This document shows, in pieces, positions 1 to 10,068 of a stretch of 64,000 nucleotides of DNA. The translations under genes and the position numbers were made by a program. Origin of the DNA: a virus; the IMG/VR virus record IMGVR_UViG_3300035034_000989, positions 39,983 through 103,982 of that record. One strand, 5' to 3'. The notes beneath the pieces were generated by a model, which saw nothing but the letters and a program-made list of their open reading frames with translations, was not told the DNA's origin and did not search any database. Every line of letters starts with the position of its first letter. Positions within the stretch are counted from its first letter, which is position 1.

Positions 1-1
1 A

Positions 2-844
2 TGGGTTGATAGTGGTGCAATTCCGCATTTACTTTTCTCTGGTGTACAGGGAGCCGGCAAAACAACTCTTGCCAAGTTGTTGCTCAACGAACTAAAGGCA
101 CACGCATACGATGTTAAGATGATTAACGCATCTTCTAACAACGGTGTTGACTACATACGCGATACAGTCGAAGCATTTGCTACTGTGATGGGGTTTGGCG
201 ATTTCAAATATATTATACTGGATGAGGCTGATTACTTGTCTCCGAACGCACAAGCGGCATTGCGTGGTGTAATGGAAAAGTACTCCAACTCGTTGCGCTT
301 TATACTTACATGCAATTATCCTAACAAAGTGATTCCTGCTATCCATTCACGCTGTCAGGGTTTCCACATTGCAAATCTTGACAAAACAGAATACACAGCA
401 CGCATGGCAGAAATACTTATCACCGAAGGTGTTGAGTTCGATTTAGAGACATTGGATACGTTTGTGAAGACAACTTACCCAGACATGCGTAAGTGTATTA
501 ACTTGTGTCAGCAAAATGTTAAGAACGGTAGCTTACAAGCACCAAACGCAGACGACGGCGCTGGTGAAAGCGATTACCAACTGATGATGGTTGCATTGTT
601 CAAAGAAAAGCGTTACAAAGAAGCACGCGACTTGGTGTGCAAGCAAGTCGCGCCGGAAGAATACGAAGACTTGTTCCGCTTCATGTATCAGAACTTAGAG
701 TTCTGGGCAGACGGCGATGAAAACAAAGAAGATCAGTGCATACTGGTTATTCGTAACGGACTTGTAAAACATGTTTCCTGCGCCGATTCAGAGATAAACG
801 TGTCGGCAACCATGATCGAACTAGAACAAGTAGCAAGGAGCTAA
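2..844 (+). CDS. DNA polymerase clamp loader small subunit (RFC/gp44-like), 5' partial
   Basis: Frame open from base 2: PHLLFSGVQGAGKTT (Walker A), IILDEAD (Walker B), SRC motif. Confidence 0.95.
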   Translation, partial: WVDSGAIPHLLFSGVQGAGKTTLAKLLLNELKAHAYDVKMINASSNNGVDYIRDTVEAFATVMGFGDFKYIILDEADYLSPNAQAALRGVMEKYSNSLRFILTCNYPNKVIPAIHSRCQGFHIANLDKTEYTARMAEILITEGVEFDLETLDTFVKTTYPDMRKCINLCQQNVKNGSLQAPNADDGAGESDYQLMMVALFKEKRYKEARDLVCKQVAPEEYEDLFRFMYQNLEFWADGDENKEDQCILVIRNGLVKHVSCADSEINVSATMIELEQVARS

Positions 845-845
845 T

Positions 846-1145
846 ATGGGAAAGCGAGTAAGAGACACCTTTGTGGTATTGACACACAGTTTTATACCAT
901 CGAGAAAAGACAGAAGTAAGTGGGAAGTTCACGAAGTGTGTAACCTAGTAGATAAAGTCAAAGACAGCTTGACAATCAGCGCAACCTGTATTATAAATAT
1001 AACACAGAAGACAGTTGTTAAGAATCGTGCAGGCGGCAAAGGCGATACAGAATATCATGACTTGGTTGACTACCTAGTTAAAACTTACCCGGATCAATTC
1101 AAGGCAATAGGATATGGCGACGAGACTGGAGATTCACAACAGTAA
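846..1145 (+). CDS. hypothetical protein
   Basis: ORF directly after the clamp loader, AGGAG RBS. Confidence 0.7.
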   Translation: MGKRVRDTFVVLTHSFIPSRKDRSKWEVHEVCNLVDKVKDSLTISATCIINITQKTVVKNRAGGKGDTEYHDLVDYLVKTYPDQFKAIGYGDETGDSQQ

Positions 1146-1599
1146 AGAATACAAGATCATAGCTGACTTTTATGGACATGGTCGTGCTGAACGATCGCAG
1201 ATTCCACTGCTACATCACATAGATGAAGGACTCGAATTCTTAGCAGAACAGCAAGCAAGCAAAAATACCATGCTTGCGTTTTGCTTACACCCGATTGTAC
1301 AAAACAATGAACTTATTGATGTGTTCTGGAGCGATGGCAATTTGCTAGCTTTAGAATACAGTCAGCGTGCTAACTCTTATTTGTGCAAGCCCGAAACTGA
1401 TTATGTAAGAACACTGGACGACATACAAGAACTGGTCGGACCAATGACACACGATTGCTTGCTCATGCTATTAGCAGACAAACGCCAAAATCAAAAAGAC
1501 TTTATTGAGTATCACAGAGGAACACACGATCGTTCCCAAGAGCTAGATAGATATTTTAATTTATGGCTTGCTTACATACACCTGGAGTTAACAAAATGA
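1114..1599 (+). CDS. hypothetical phage protein, possibly HD-like
   Basis: LLHHIDEG, FCLHP and LADKRQN resemble a degenerate HD fold. Confidence 0.6.
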   Translation: MATRLEIHNSKEYKIIADFYGHGRAERSQIPLLHHIDEGLEFLAEQQASKNTMLAFCLHPIVQNNELIDVFWSDGNLLALEYSQRANSYLCKPETDYVRTLDDIQELVGPMTHDCLLMLLADKRQNQKDFIEYHRGTHDRSQELDRYFNLWLAYIHLELTK

Positions 1600-2198
1600 A
1601 AGAAAAACTTATACTCACCGATTGCGATGGTGTCTTGCTCAACTGGAGACAAGGCTTCCTTGATTGGCTGCCCGACCACATTTCTAGTACAGCTTGTCCT
1701 ATCAAACTCAAGCAGTACGACTTCAGCGATGCGTTTGACTTAGATGCAGATGCCCTGCAACAGCTTGCACACGATTTTAATGCGTCACTTGACATAGTGC
1801 GTTTAAGCCCTTGGGTCGATGCCATAAAGTATGTCAGGCTGTTAGGTGAGCAAGGTTTTAGATTTCGTGTGTTCTCTGCAATGGGCGACAAGCCTATCAG
1901 TCAAGTGCTAAGACGTCAGAACTTGCAAATACTGTTTGGTGACTTGTTTGATGAAGTAACATGCATACCTGTAGGAGCAAGCAAGTACAGCTTGTTGAGC
2001 AAGTACGAAGGCACTGGCTTATTTTGGCTGGAAGATCATGTTAGCCATGCAGGTGATGGGCACGACTTGGGCTTGCAATCCATACTGGTGTCGGACATTA
2101 CCAATTTGCACTACACAGATATTCCGTTTAAAAGAGTGTCAGTGAATAGCCCTTGGAAAGAAATATACCAGATTGTCATGCAGGATTATAACAGCTAG
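1596..2198 (+). CDS. HAD-family phosphatase / 5'-nucleotidase-like
   Basis: ILTDCDGVL motif I, WLED motif IV; GGAG RBS before ATG 1596. Confidence 0.85.
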   Translation: MKEKLILTDCDGVLLNWRQGFLDWLPDHISSTACPIKLKQYDFSDAFDLDADALQQLAHDFNASLDIVRLSPWVDAIKYVRLLGEQGFRFRVFSAMGDKPISQVLRRQNLQILFGDLFDEVTCIPVGASKYSLLSKYEGTGLFWLEDHVSHAGDGHDLGLQSILVSDITNLHYTDIPFKRVSVNSPWKEIYQIVMQDYNS

Positions 2199-2211
2199 AA
2201 ACTACACCCAC

Positions 2212-2240
2212 AAAAAAGCACGCCTCGGCGTGCTTTTTTT
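2212..2240. terminator. bidirectional intrinsic terminator
   Basis: AAAAAAGCACGCC-TC-GGCGTGCTTTTTTT between convergent genes. Confidence 0.9.
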
Positions 2241-2251
2241 ATGACTAGCGT

Positions 2252-3007
2252 TTACTCGGCGCCTTCGCCGTATATTTCAAGTACAGCTTGTACAATAGGA
2301 TCACGTTCGATGTCGCCACGTGCAAACATGGTAACGCCCATGCCATGCGCACCACCTTGTGCTTCTAACCGTTCGACAAAATCTTTTAATCCGTTTTCTT
2401 CAAAACCTCTATCATGTTGATTCAAATCACCAGTAACAGAACAATATGAACCGTTGCCCATTCTAGTTAACAACATCTTAACTTGGTTCGGGGTAGCATT
2501 CTGTATTTCATCTGCAATGATGTAACAATCTTTAAACGTCCTTCCCCTCATGTAGGCAAGTGGAGATATTTCAATTATTCGGTCTTCAAGCATGGCCTTG
2601 ATATCGTCAGGGCTAAAATATTCTTCAAAGACATCCATGATAGGTCTGACCCATGGTTCCATTTTTTGATTCAAATCACCTGGTAGAAAACCGTGTTGCT
2701 CATCAACCGATACTGCCGGGCGTGTAATAACTATTCTTGATATTTCTTGATCTTTCAGAAGTCTAATCGCATTCATTACTGCAAGTAAAGTTTTACCAGT
2801 ACCAGCAGGTCCGAGCGCAAATGTAATACGAGTGCTAAAGTCTTGCAAATCGCATACATAATTTTCTTGAGCCAAGTTACGTGGTATCATTTCAACTTTG
2901 CGAAGTCTAACCTTAAATGGGGTTTTCTTCGAATCGTCAAAATCGTAAACTTGACTTTGGGCACCAACTGTTCTTTGTGCTTGACTAGTCTGCTTTTTCT
3001 TTCTCAA
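2252..3007 (-). CDS. phoH: PhoH-like ATPase
   Basis: GPAGTGKT, ITRPAV, GFLPG, YMRGRTF, DEIQN, GDLNQHD. Confidence 0.97.
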   Translation of the reverse strand: MRKKKQTSQAQRTVGAQSQVYDFDDSKKTPFKVRLRKVEMIPRNLAQENYVCDLQDFSTRITFALGPAGTGKTLLAVMNAIRLLKDQEISRIVITRPAVSVDEQHGFLPGDLNQKMEPWVRPIMDVFEEYFSPDDIKAMLEDRIIEISPLAYMRGRTFKDCYIIADEIQNATPNQVKMLLTRMGNGSYCSVTGDLNQHDRGFEENGLKDFVERLEAQGGAHGMGVTMFARGDIERDPIVQAVLEIYGEGAE

Positions 3008-3199
3008 TTTGTATCTCCTAGGGGTTTATTAATCAGAATACGAGGCGATGGGTTGTTACCCGTATTAAGAGCATGGAAGTAAAAGATGAAGTGAAGTGTT
3101 GTTTTTATGTTTATCATCTACATATACTTATCTTCTGAAGATTAATTTTGTCTAGTAAAAGAAGGTTTTTCTTAATATTTTAGCTGTGCATTAGTTATT

Positions 3200-3207
3200 G
3201 ATAAATA
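3200..3207 (+). promoter_or_regulatory. T4-like late promoter GATAAATA
   Basis: Octamer 26 nt upstream of ATG 3234; recurs before several genes. Confidence 0.65.
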
Positions 3208-3233
3208 CATAAAAATAACGTTTAGGAAGGTTC

Positions 3234-3788
3234 ATGGTTTACGGATTAGAAGACGTAAGAAACACTTTAGCAAGTATTACACAGCAAGACTACCTCATAG
3301 ACATGCTCTATGAGTATGAACGTACTCTTGATGAGGTAGGAATCAAAGCATATCGAAACTGGTATGCCGGCGAATTACTCGATGGTCCGAGGCTAACAAA
3401 ATACTGGATGACATGTAAATTTATGTATCCGGAAAAATTGATGCCTGATCCAGATGGTGCATTGAGACTTACCAAAATAGGTTGCGAAGTCAATTTTACA
3501 AAAGACATATTAAAGAAGCCGGTCAAGATTACTTCACCGCGCGATTGGAAAAACAATAACACCAAAGAGGCCAAGATCGAAGAGAAGCCAGTTTGGGTGG
3601 TAACAATTGCAATGCCAATCAAATACATCACTGATAACTTTGATCAAATCAACGCCTACCTAGAAAACGACGATGATCTCATGGACAATGAGCAGATCGC
3701 AGATGGGTACAGCGAAGATGAAGAACCTGCAAATGCAATGAGTTCAGATGATGAAATCATGGACACTGATTTCGACGAGGAAATATAA
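3234..3788 (+). CDS. conserved jumbo-phage hypothetical protein with acidic tail
   Basis: NWYAGELLDGP and MPDPDGALRL are typical of this phage group. Confidence 0.75.
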   Translation: MVYGLEDVRNTLASITQQDYLIDMLYEYERTLDEVGIKAYRNWYAGELLDGPRLTKYWMTCKFMYPEKLMPDPDGALRLTKIGCEVNFTKDILKKPVKITSPRDWKNNNTKEAKIEEKPVWVVTIAMPIKYITDNFDQINAYLENDDDLMDNEQIADGYSEDEEPANAMSSDDEIMDTDFDEEI

Positions 3789-3789
3789 C

Positions 3790-4482
3790 ATGAGAAATAG
3801 TCTTAAGGGCACCATCCTACCAAAGATTTCAATAGACGAGTTTACTCCTAAGTCGGGAGTAACAGAAGAAGTGGCAGTTGTTGCACTTTATGCAATTGAC
3901 GACGCCCCAGCACAAGACCTTAACAGCTATGTGCAACGTGGTTATGTCGATGTCATAGACGCAGAGGTTAGTCCTAATCCAGATGAAGAGGGTAATTACC
4001 TTATCTTTATTGAGATTGCACGTGACAAGAACTTTCTTGATGTACTGCTTATGCTCATAAAGGATATCGAGAACGTGACCGGACCGATGGATTGGAATGT
4101 TGCACCGTTCAGCGCAGAGCATTCGTATGCAATAGACGATCCGGGACTTGTTCAGCATCTCACGTTCGGTAGTGTTACAGAAAGCATCAAGCGTTTTCTT
4201 AAACCAAGTGATTTGCCTAATGTGATATTCGAGAATGATATTATTAACTTTGGTTCTGTACAAGGCAAACTAAGAGACTTTGGCCAAGTTGATCGCATAC
4301 TCAAGAACTACACTCTTAACGAGTCGCTGATTGACTTGGACTCATATGAAGCTTCGTCACTAGAAAGCATGCTAGGGTCAGAATATCAAGTTGCCAAATA
4401 TGGTAGTAATGTGTTCATTGGTCATGTCACAAACGAAAATGCCGTTGTACTGAGCAATTTAATTTTTACTCACTCTCGCTAA
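3790..4482 (+). CDS. hypothetical protein
   Basis: Long ORF coupled to the previous stop, GAGG RBS. Confidence 0.75.
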   Translation: MRNSLKGTILPKISIDEFTPKSGVTEEVAVVALYAIDDAPAQDLNSYVQRGYVDVIDAEVSPNPDEEGNYLIFIEIARDKNFLDVLLMLIKDIENVTGPMDWNVAPFSAEHSYAIDDPGLVQHLTFGSVTESIKRFLKPSDLPNVIFENDIINFGSVQGKLRDFGQVDRILKNYTLNESLIDLDSYEASSLESMLGSEYQVAKYGSNVFIGHVTNENAVVLSNLIFTHSR

Positions 4483-4539
4483 ATGAAACAAAGTATGCAA
4501 TAATAGAGTTATACAACCATTGCGGCTCTATTATTGCTT

Positions 4540-5298
4540 ATGACACACTACAAAACACTTGACGTCGAACAAGACGCAGACATAAAGACCATCAAGCAAG
4601 CATACAAGCGCAAAGCGTTTAAATTGCACCCCGATAGAAATCCTAGCGATACCGCAAAGAAAGAATACACCGCAGTTCAGGACGCATACGATACGCTGTC
4701 TAACAAACAGTCTCGAGCACGTTACGACCTAAGTCTGCGTGGTGGGTCAAGTCACAGCACTTACTCGGATGAAGCATACAGCAATTATCACGACATAGAC
4801 GAACTGTTACGCAGAGCAAAGTATAACGCATGGAAGCCACATGAGTCAACAGTGTTAACAGCCAAGATAACACTCGAAGAAGCATTCAGCGGTTGTAAAC
4901 GAGACCACAATGGTCAGGTCATTAACATACCTGCAGGTGTCATAGATGGCACACGTCTAAAAGTGTCCGATTTAACAATCATGATTACCATACTACCGCA
5001 CAAAACATATCGTGTTGACAAGGTAGACTTGCATGCGAACGTTTACATAGATGCAATACAAGCAATGGTGGGCATAGACTTAATTGTTAACCACCCTAAC
5101 GGCACCAAGCTTAAAACTAAAATGATTCCACCTATCCAAGAAGGTCAGCGACTAAGGCTCACTGGCAAAGGTTTAGACAGCGCCACAAGCGGCCTAGGAG
5201 ACCTGTTTATCTTTTGTCACATTGTTGTTCCTGAGTTGACAAGCACTGAAAGAGCTAGTATAGTCAGCTTACTTAATAGCACGTCAACAGAAATTTAA
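4540..5298 (+). CDS. dnaJ: DnaJ/CbpA-like co-chaperone
   Basis: J-domain with HPD; C-terminal ITLEEAFSG...GKG...GDL; no Zn finger. Confidence 0.92.
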   Translation: MTHYKTLDVEQDADIKTIKQAYKRKAFKLHPDRNPSDTAKKEYTAVQDAYDTLSNKQSRARYDLSLRGGSSHSTYSDEAYSNYHDIDELLRRAKYNAWKPHESTVLTAKITLEEAFSGCKRDHNGQVINIPAGVIDGTRLKVSDLTIMITILPHKTYRVDKVDLHANVYIDAIQAMVGIDLIVNHPNGTKLKTKMIPPIQEGQRLRLTGKGLDSATSGLGDLFIFCHIVVPELTSTERASIVSLLNSTSTEI

Positions 5299-5314
5299 CA
5301 CACCGGGAAAACAC

Positions 5315-5344
5315 ATGGCAACTAAACAAATGGCAACTAAACAA
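5315..5344 (+). repeat. 15-bp tandem duplication ATGGCAACTAAACAA x2
   Basis: Seen directly; a degenerate third copy begins ATAGCA. Confidence 0.95.
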
Positions 5345-5692
5345 ATAGCATGCTTTTCTGATGTCTTTGCATTTGCAGAAACGGCGCATGGCATCGATTG
5401 GAACACAGCAAATGATGTTTTCTTTAATAACGCATTTGAATACCAGCAAATGAGCGAAGCAGTATTAGGCTTACATGCACTTAGCTATATATCAGATGCC
5501 GATATCAAGAGAGCCGGTGTTCAAGACTATGAGGCGCGGTTACTTGTTGCAGAACAAGCCGGTAAAATCACAGGGCTGTTTACCAAGGAAGAAGTAGCGA
5601 ACATGACCTCCGCTGCCAAGTCATACATCATTACCGCTGAGTACCTCGAAAGCATCAACGCAACCGGTTCGGTGCTAGTTGAGTCGTATTAA
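5315..5692 (+). CDS. hypothetical protein
   Basis: ORF with duplicated N-terminus MATKQ-MATKQ. Confidence 0.7.
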   Translation: MATKQMATKQIACFSDVFAFAETAHGIDWNTANDVFFNNAFEYQQMSEAVLGLHALSYISDADIKRAGVQDYEARLLVAEQAGKITGLFTKEEVANMTSAAKSYIITAEYLESINATGSVLVESY

Positions 5693-5715
5693 AAGAAAAA
5701 ACTATCAAACTAGTG

Positions 5716-5744
5716 TTGACAGAAACAAAAATAGATAGTATTAT
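5716..5744 (+). promoter_or_regulatory. sigma70-like promoter for clpA
   Basis: TTGACA-N17-TATTAT. Confidence 0.8.
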
Positions 5745-5778
5745 ATAGTTCATCAGTACAATAAAAAGGGTTAATATT

Positions 5779-8031
5779 ATGTCATCAAGTTCACCACAAG
5801 AGTTGTTCCAACGCATACTGTCTAATAGCATGGACATACAAAGCAAGAAACAAGTTATTTACTTGTCTCCGGAAGTGTTTACACATGCATTAATGCGTGA
5901 GAAAACAGTTGCAGACATGATTGCAGAATTAGGTGGCGATCCTAAAATGGCAAAAGAAGAGTTAGAGAAAGCAATTGAAGCACAGCCTAAAGCAGGCTTT
6001 GGCGGCAACAGTGGCAAAATGTCTACTACCATAGACAACATTATTAAAAAGCAGACAGCAATGCTTGCAACTGCCGATGCTTCGGACGTCACTGAAAAAG
6101 ACGTATTGTTTGCACTGATACTTGATATCATTGATGCAGACCTTACAGATAATCCAGCCAAAGATATCTTAGCAAAGCATGGCGCAACACGCGATGCAGT
6201 CGACGACTACCGCATGCAAAACGGCGATGAAGCAGAGTCTATTCTAGACAAGTACTGTGTCAACCTTAACACAGAATCAGCTAACGGTCAAATCGATCCA
6301 GTTATTGGTCGCGAGCAAGAAGTTGCTGATACAATCGAAATACTAGCACGCCGCAAAAAGAACAACGTTGTTTATGTAGGCGAGCCAGGTGTAGGTAAAA
6401 CTGCAATTGCAGAAGGACTTGCACGTCAAATTGAAAAAGGCGATGTGCCAGAAGCAATAGCTGGCATGGTAGTTTACTCGCTAGACGTTGGCACACTTGT
6501 TGCAGGCACCAAGTTCCGCGGAGAACTTGAAGAACGCTTTAAGAAGATACTTAAAGAAGTCGAAGCCAAAGGCAACGTAATAATGTTTATCGATGAGATG
6601 CACATGATCATGGGCGCAGGCGCTACAAGCGGTGGCACCATGGACGTTAGTAACATGCTTAAACCTAGCTTGGCAAACGGCAAGATCAAACTTGTTGGTG
6701 CCACAACAGAAGATGAGTTCGTAGAGCATCTTGAGAAAGATCGTGCATTGATGCGTCGGGTGCAGAAGATTACAATTAACGAACCTAACGTGCCAGACAC
6801 CAAGCGCATAGTCCACGGCATTGTCAAGTACTACACTGAATTCCACGGTGTTGAATATGACGAAGGCGTAGTTGAAACAGCCGTTGATTTAGCAGATCGT
6901 TACATCACACAGCGATTCTTTCCAGACAAAGCAATTGACATCATAGATGCAACTGGTGCCACTGCTAAACTTGCAGGAATAAAGTCAGTAGACATTGCGC
7001 GGGTTATTAGCGCAGTGAGCAAGATGTCTAAAATTCCAGTTGAGATGATTGACGTTAAAGAAAACGATTTGATCAAAAGCATGCCAGCAAAAATGCGCAA
7101 TGAAGTGTTCGGGCAAGACCACGCAATTAAGGTTCTTGAAGATGCTATTATCATTGCGCAGTCAGGATTGCGTGATAGCAACAAGCCGATTGGTAACTTC
7201 TTATTTGTTGGGCCAACTGGCACTGGTAAGACACACATTTGTAAACGACTAGCGGCCAACATGGGAACCAAGATGGTACGCTTTGATATGTCGGAATACC
7301 AAGAACGTCATACAGTATCTAAGTTAATTGGTGCTCCTCCAGGTTATGTAGGACACGGTGACGGCAAGAACGGCGACGGTCAGTTAATTTACGAAGTATC
7401 TAACAATCCTAACTGTGTGCTACTGCTAGACGAGATTGAAAAAGCGGCTCCGGAAGTTGCACAGCTATTGCTACAGGTAATGGACGATGGTCGTTTAACA
7501 TCTGCAAGCGGTAAAACAGTTGACTTCAGTAACGTTATACTGATAATGACTTCTAACTTAGGAGCCGCAGATGCCGACAAGCAAGGTATTGGCTTTGGTG
7601 CAACCGACTTCAATGCAAGCGCAATAAACGAAGCAGTTAAGAAGTACTTTCCACCAGAGTTCCGAAATCGTGTAGATCACATCATACAGTTCAACAAGCT
7701 TGAGCAAGAGCAAGTTGAGACACTGGTTGATGTTGAAATGCAAAAAATGAATGCCGTGCTTATTAAGCAAGGCGTACAGGCTACCATGTCTTTAGAAGCT
7801 CGGGCATGGTTGGCTAAAGAAGGCTACCAGCCAGCACTAGGTGCGCGACCTTTGAGTCGTGTGTTTGAGAGCAATGTTAAGTTACCCGTATCTAGAGAGA
7901 TACTGTTTGGTAAACTAGCAGGCGGTGGCATTGTGCATATTGACTTTGATAACACCAAGCAGGTAATACTGATTGATGTTACAAACGAAGGTGCGATAGT
8001 TGAGCTACAAGCTGATGAACTAACTGCTTAA
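5779..8031 (+). CDS. clpA: ATP-dependent Clp protease ATPase subunit ClpA-like
   Basis: Two AAA+ modules (GEPGVGKT, GPTGTGKT), GYVG pore loop, IGF ClpP-docking loop, no ClpB middle domain. Confidence 0.95.
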   Translation: MSSSSPQELFQRILSNSMDIQSKKQVIYLSPEVFTHALMREKTVADMIAELGGDPKMAKEELEKAIEAQPKAGFGGNSGKMSTTIDNIIKKQTAMLATADASDVTEKDVLFALILDIIDADLTDNPAKDILAKHGATRDAVDDYRMQNGDEAESILDKYCVNLNTESANGQIDPVIGREQEVADTIEILARRKKNNVVYVGEPGVGKTAIAEGLARQIEKGDVPEAIAGMVVYSLDVGTLVAGTKFRGELEERFKKILKEVEAKGNVIMFIDEMHMIMGAGATSGGTMDVSNMLKPSLANGKIKLVGATTEDEFVEHLEKDRALMRRVQKITINEPNVPDTKRIVHGIVKYYTEFHGVEYDEGVVETAVDLADRYITQRFFPDKAIDIIDATGATAKLAGIKSVDIARVISAVSKMSKIPVEMIDVKENDLIKSMPAKMRNEVFGQDHAIKVLEDAIIIAQSGLRDSNKPIGNFLFVGPTGTGKTHICKRLAANMGTKMVRFDMSEYQERHTVSKLIGAPPGYVGHGDGKNGDGQLIYEVSNNPNCVLLLDEIEKAAPEVAQLLLQVMDDGRLTSASGKTVDFSNVILIMTSNLGAADADKQGIGFGATDFNASAINEAVKKYFPPEFRNRVDHIIQFNKLEQEQVETLVDVEMQKMNAVLIKQGVQATMSLEARAWLAKEGYQPALGARPLSRVFESNVKLPVSREILFGKLAGGGIVHIDFDNTKQVILIDVTNEGAIVELQADELTA

Positions 8032-8050
8032 TCCCTTTTGCAGTTGTTGG

Positions 8051-8085
8051 AACGGTGTGTCATTAAAGTGGCCCACCGTTTTTTT
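8051..8085 (+). terminator. intrinsic terminator
   Basis: AACGGTG...CACCGTT hairpin followed by a T-run. Confidence 0.75.
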
Positions 8086-8087
8086 CT

Positions 8088-8095
8088 GATAAATA
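8088..8095 (+). promoter_or_regulatory. late promoter GATAAATA
   Basis: Octamer 26 nt upstream of ATG 8122. Confidence 0.65.
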
Positions 8096-8121
8096 CATTA
8101 AAATTTACGAGGTAATAATTA

Positions 8122-8583
8122 ATGAGCGGATCACGCAAATCAGTCATCATACTAACAAGCACTCAGAAAGAATTAGAAGTAACTGGGCAGGCTGTTAAGG
8201 GTGACAGCTACTATGGATACACAGATGGCATCCATACAATACAGATTACTTATTTCAACTTCACAGGCGGATTCGGAATGCAAGGTACACTTGCACTTGA
8301 TCCACAGCCAGAGGATTGGTTCTGGATCAACCTAGACGGCATAGTAGACTTTGACGCAGTGCCTTACTTGATGTTTCCTAAAGACCCGTTGGCACCTACT
8401 GGCGCGGAGTCAATTGAAACAAGTATACTTGGTGATACCGGAACAGAAGCATTCACGTTCAAAGGTAACTTTACCTTCTTGAGAGCAATGGTAACTCGCG
8501 AATACATTGACCCTGCACCAGTACAGCCAACAGACGGTACATTCCACTTAGGATCAATTGACAAAGTTTTACTTTGCATATAG
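8122..8583 (+). CDS. conserved phage protein, beta-rich, possibly structural
   Basis: KGDSYYGYTDGIHT and FKGNFTFLRA; late promoter; GAGG RBS. Confidence 0.7.
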   Translation: MSGSRKSVIILTSTQKELEVTGQAVKGDSYYGYTDGIHTIQITYFNFTGGFGMQGTLALDPQPEDWFWINLDGIVDFDAVPYLMFPKDPLAPTGAESIETSILGDTGTEAFTFKGNFTFLRAMVTREYIDPAPVQPTDGTFHLGSIDKVLLCI

Positions 8584-8589
8584 AAATGA

Positions 8590-9285
8590 ATGACAGACAT
8601 TAACGGATATGCTATGCTACAACAAATAAACGAGAGTATTAAAATTATGGATAAACCTAATACAGTTGTTTTTTGTTTTGGCCGCATGCAACCCGTAACA
8701 AAAGGCCACGAGAAGTTAATCAATCGTGTTGTAGCTGAAACAAAGAAACACAAAGCAGATCACATGGTGTTTCTTTCACAGACTCACAGACTCCCTGATA
8801 ACCCATTGAACTGGGATTACAAGCGAAGCTTTGCTAGATTGTCTTTTCCAGGAATACACATTTCAGAAGATGTATCCATTAAGACACCTTACCAGGCATT
8901 AGAAAAACTTGCAGAAACTTACAAGAAAATTATCTTTGTGTGTGGTAGCGATCGTGTCGAGCAATTCTCGTCAATGGCAGGCTATGCCAAGGAATGGGGC
9001 GTTACATCGTTTGTTGCAGAGTCAGCAGGCACACGTAACAGCAACATAAACACAGTGGAAGGTGTTAGCGGGTCTGTTGCACGCGAGGCCGTTAATAACA
9101 ACGATTTTAGGTCGTTTTTTAACTGCATGCCTAGTCGTATAACTCAGAAGCAAGCTGTTGATTTGTTCCGCAAACTACAGACAGAATTAGGGTTAGAAGA
9201 AAGTCCTGAAGAACTAAACAAGGAAGCCGAAGCATATCGCAAAGGCTCATTAGCAGGCATATTTCATTATACAGGAGCAGGCTAA
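8590..9285 (+). CDS. cytidyltransferase-like (HxGH) nucleotidyltransferase
   Basis: FGRMQPVTKGHEKL, GSDR, SGSVAR. Confidence 0.88.
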   Translation: MTDINGYAMLQQINESIKIMDKPNTVVFCFGRMQPVTKGHEKLINRVVAETKKHKADHMVFLSQTHRLPDNPLNWDYKRSFARLSFPGIHISEDVSIKTPYQALEKLAETYKKIIFVCGSDRVEQFSSMAGYAKEWGVTSFVAESAGTRNSNINTVEGVSGSVAREAVNNNDFRSFFNCMPSRITQKQAVDLFRKLQTELGLEESPEELNKEAEAYRKGSLAGIFHYTGAG

Positions 9286-9286
9286 C

Positions 9287-9598
9287 ATGAGACTTCAGGA
9301 AATTACAGAATCACTAAGACAGAAACAAGTTGCCAATCTAAAGCATCTGTTCGACCAACCGATACCGCTTAACCAAGCAATACAAACACTAAGTCCTTAC
9401 TTGGTCGATCAAGACTTGACTGCAATCATCGACAACGAACTGCAACTCAAAGGAAACATTGACGCCAGAAATTTAATTACCGGATGGTTAAAGCAAAACA
9501 TGCCAGACTTATACAAACAGCCAGTTGAAATGTCACCTGGTTATATGTCTCCTATTTCTTCACACCCCGATATAAGGGGCGAAGGCGATTATCAATGA
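9287..9598 (+). CDS. hypothetical protein
   Basis: AGGAG RBS; MRLQEITES N-terminus typical of phage late proteins. Confidence 0.65.
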   Translation: MRLQEITESLRQKQVANLKHLFDQPIPLNQAIQTLSPYLVDQDLTAIIDNELQLKGNIDARNLITGWLKQNMPDLYKQPVEMSPGYMSPISSHPDIRGEGDYQ

Positions 9599-9987
9599 AA
9601 AAATATGTACTAGGCTTTTGCTTTAGTAAAGATCACTCTCATGTAGCAATCATGAAAAAGAACCGCCCAGACGCGCAGGCTGGATTGCATAACGGACTGG
9701 GCGGCAAAGTCGAAGAAGACGAAAAGCCCAAGCACACAATGGCGCGTGAGTTCGAAGAGGAATCAGGTGTTCACATCATGGCCAACAATTGGCAACAGGT
9801 AGACATAAAAACTGATAACGAAACATTTTATATTGATGTGTTCTACACTCGTAGCGATCTGGTATACCAATGTCGCACTATCGAAAACGAAGAAGTCATT
9901 GTTGCTGAACTTAGCAAGCTCAGTGAATACGAGTTCTACGATGGTGCAGATGAAATGATTATAAAATTCCACAAAAATTTCTATTGA
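9595..9987 (+). CDS. NUDIX hydrolase
   Basis: GGKVEEDEKPKHTMAREFEEESGV Nudix box. Confidence 0.92.
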   Translation: MKKYVLGFCFSKDHSHVAIMKKNRPDAQAGLHNGLGGKVEEDEKPKHTMAREFEEESGVHIMANNWQQVDIKTDNETFYIDVFYTRSDLVYQCRTIENEEVIVAELSKLSEYEFYDGADEMIIKFHKNFY

Positions 9988-10012
9988 CATTCTGTGTCCA
10001 ATCTGCTATAAT
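9984..10012 (+). promoter_or_regulatory. sigma70-like promoter
   Basis: TTGACA-N17-TATAAT with extended TG. Confidence 0.88.
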
Positions 10013-10068
10013 GCACATCACACAAAAATAAAAAACTAATTACATCTAACCAGCTATAAGGATATAAC

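Noticed and set aside
5859-7770. Many antisense ORFs within clpA (and similarly within pol and others)
   Set aside because: Shadow frames of well-supported genes
8590-9987. NAD-reconstitution (NARP-like) pathway from HxGH transferase plus NUDIX
   Set aside because: No Nampt or ADPR-PP synthetase partner in the window; this transferase type is common in T4-like phages
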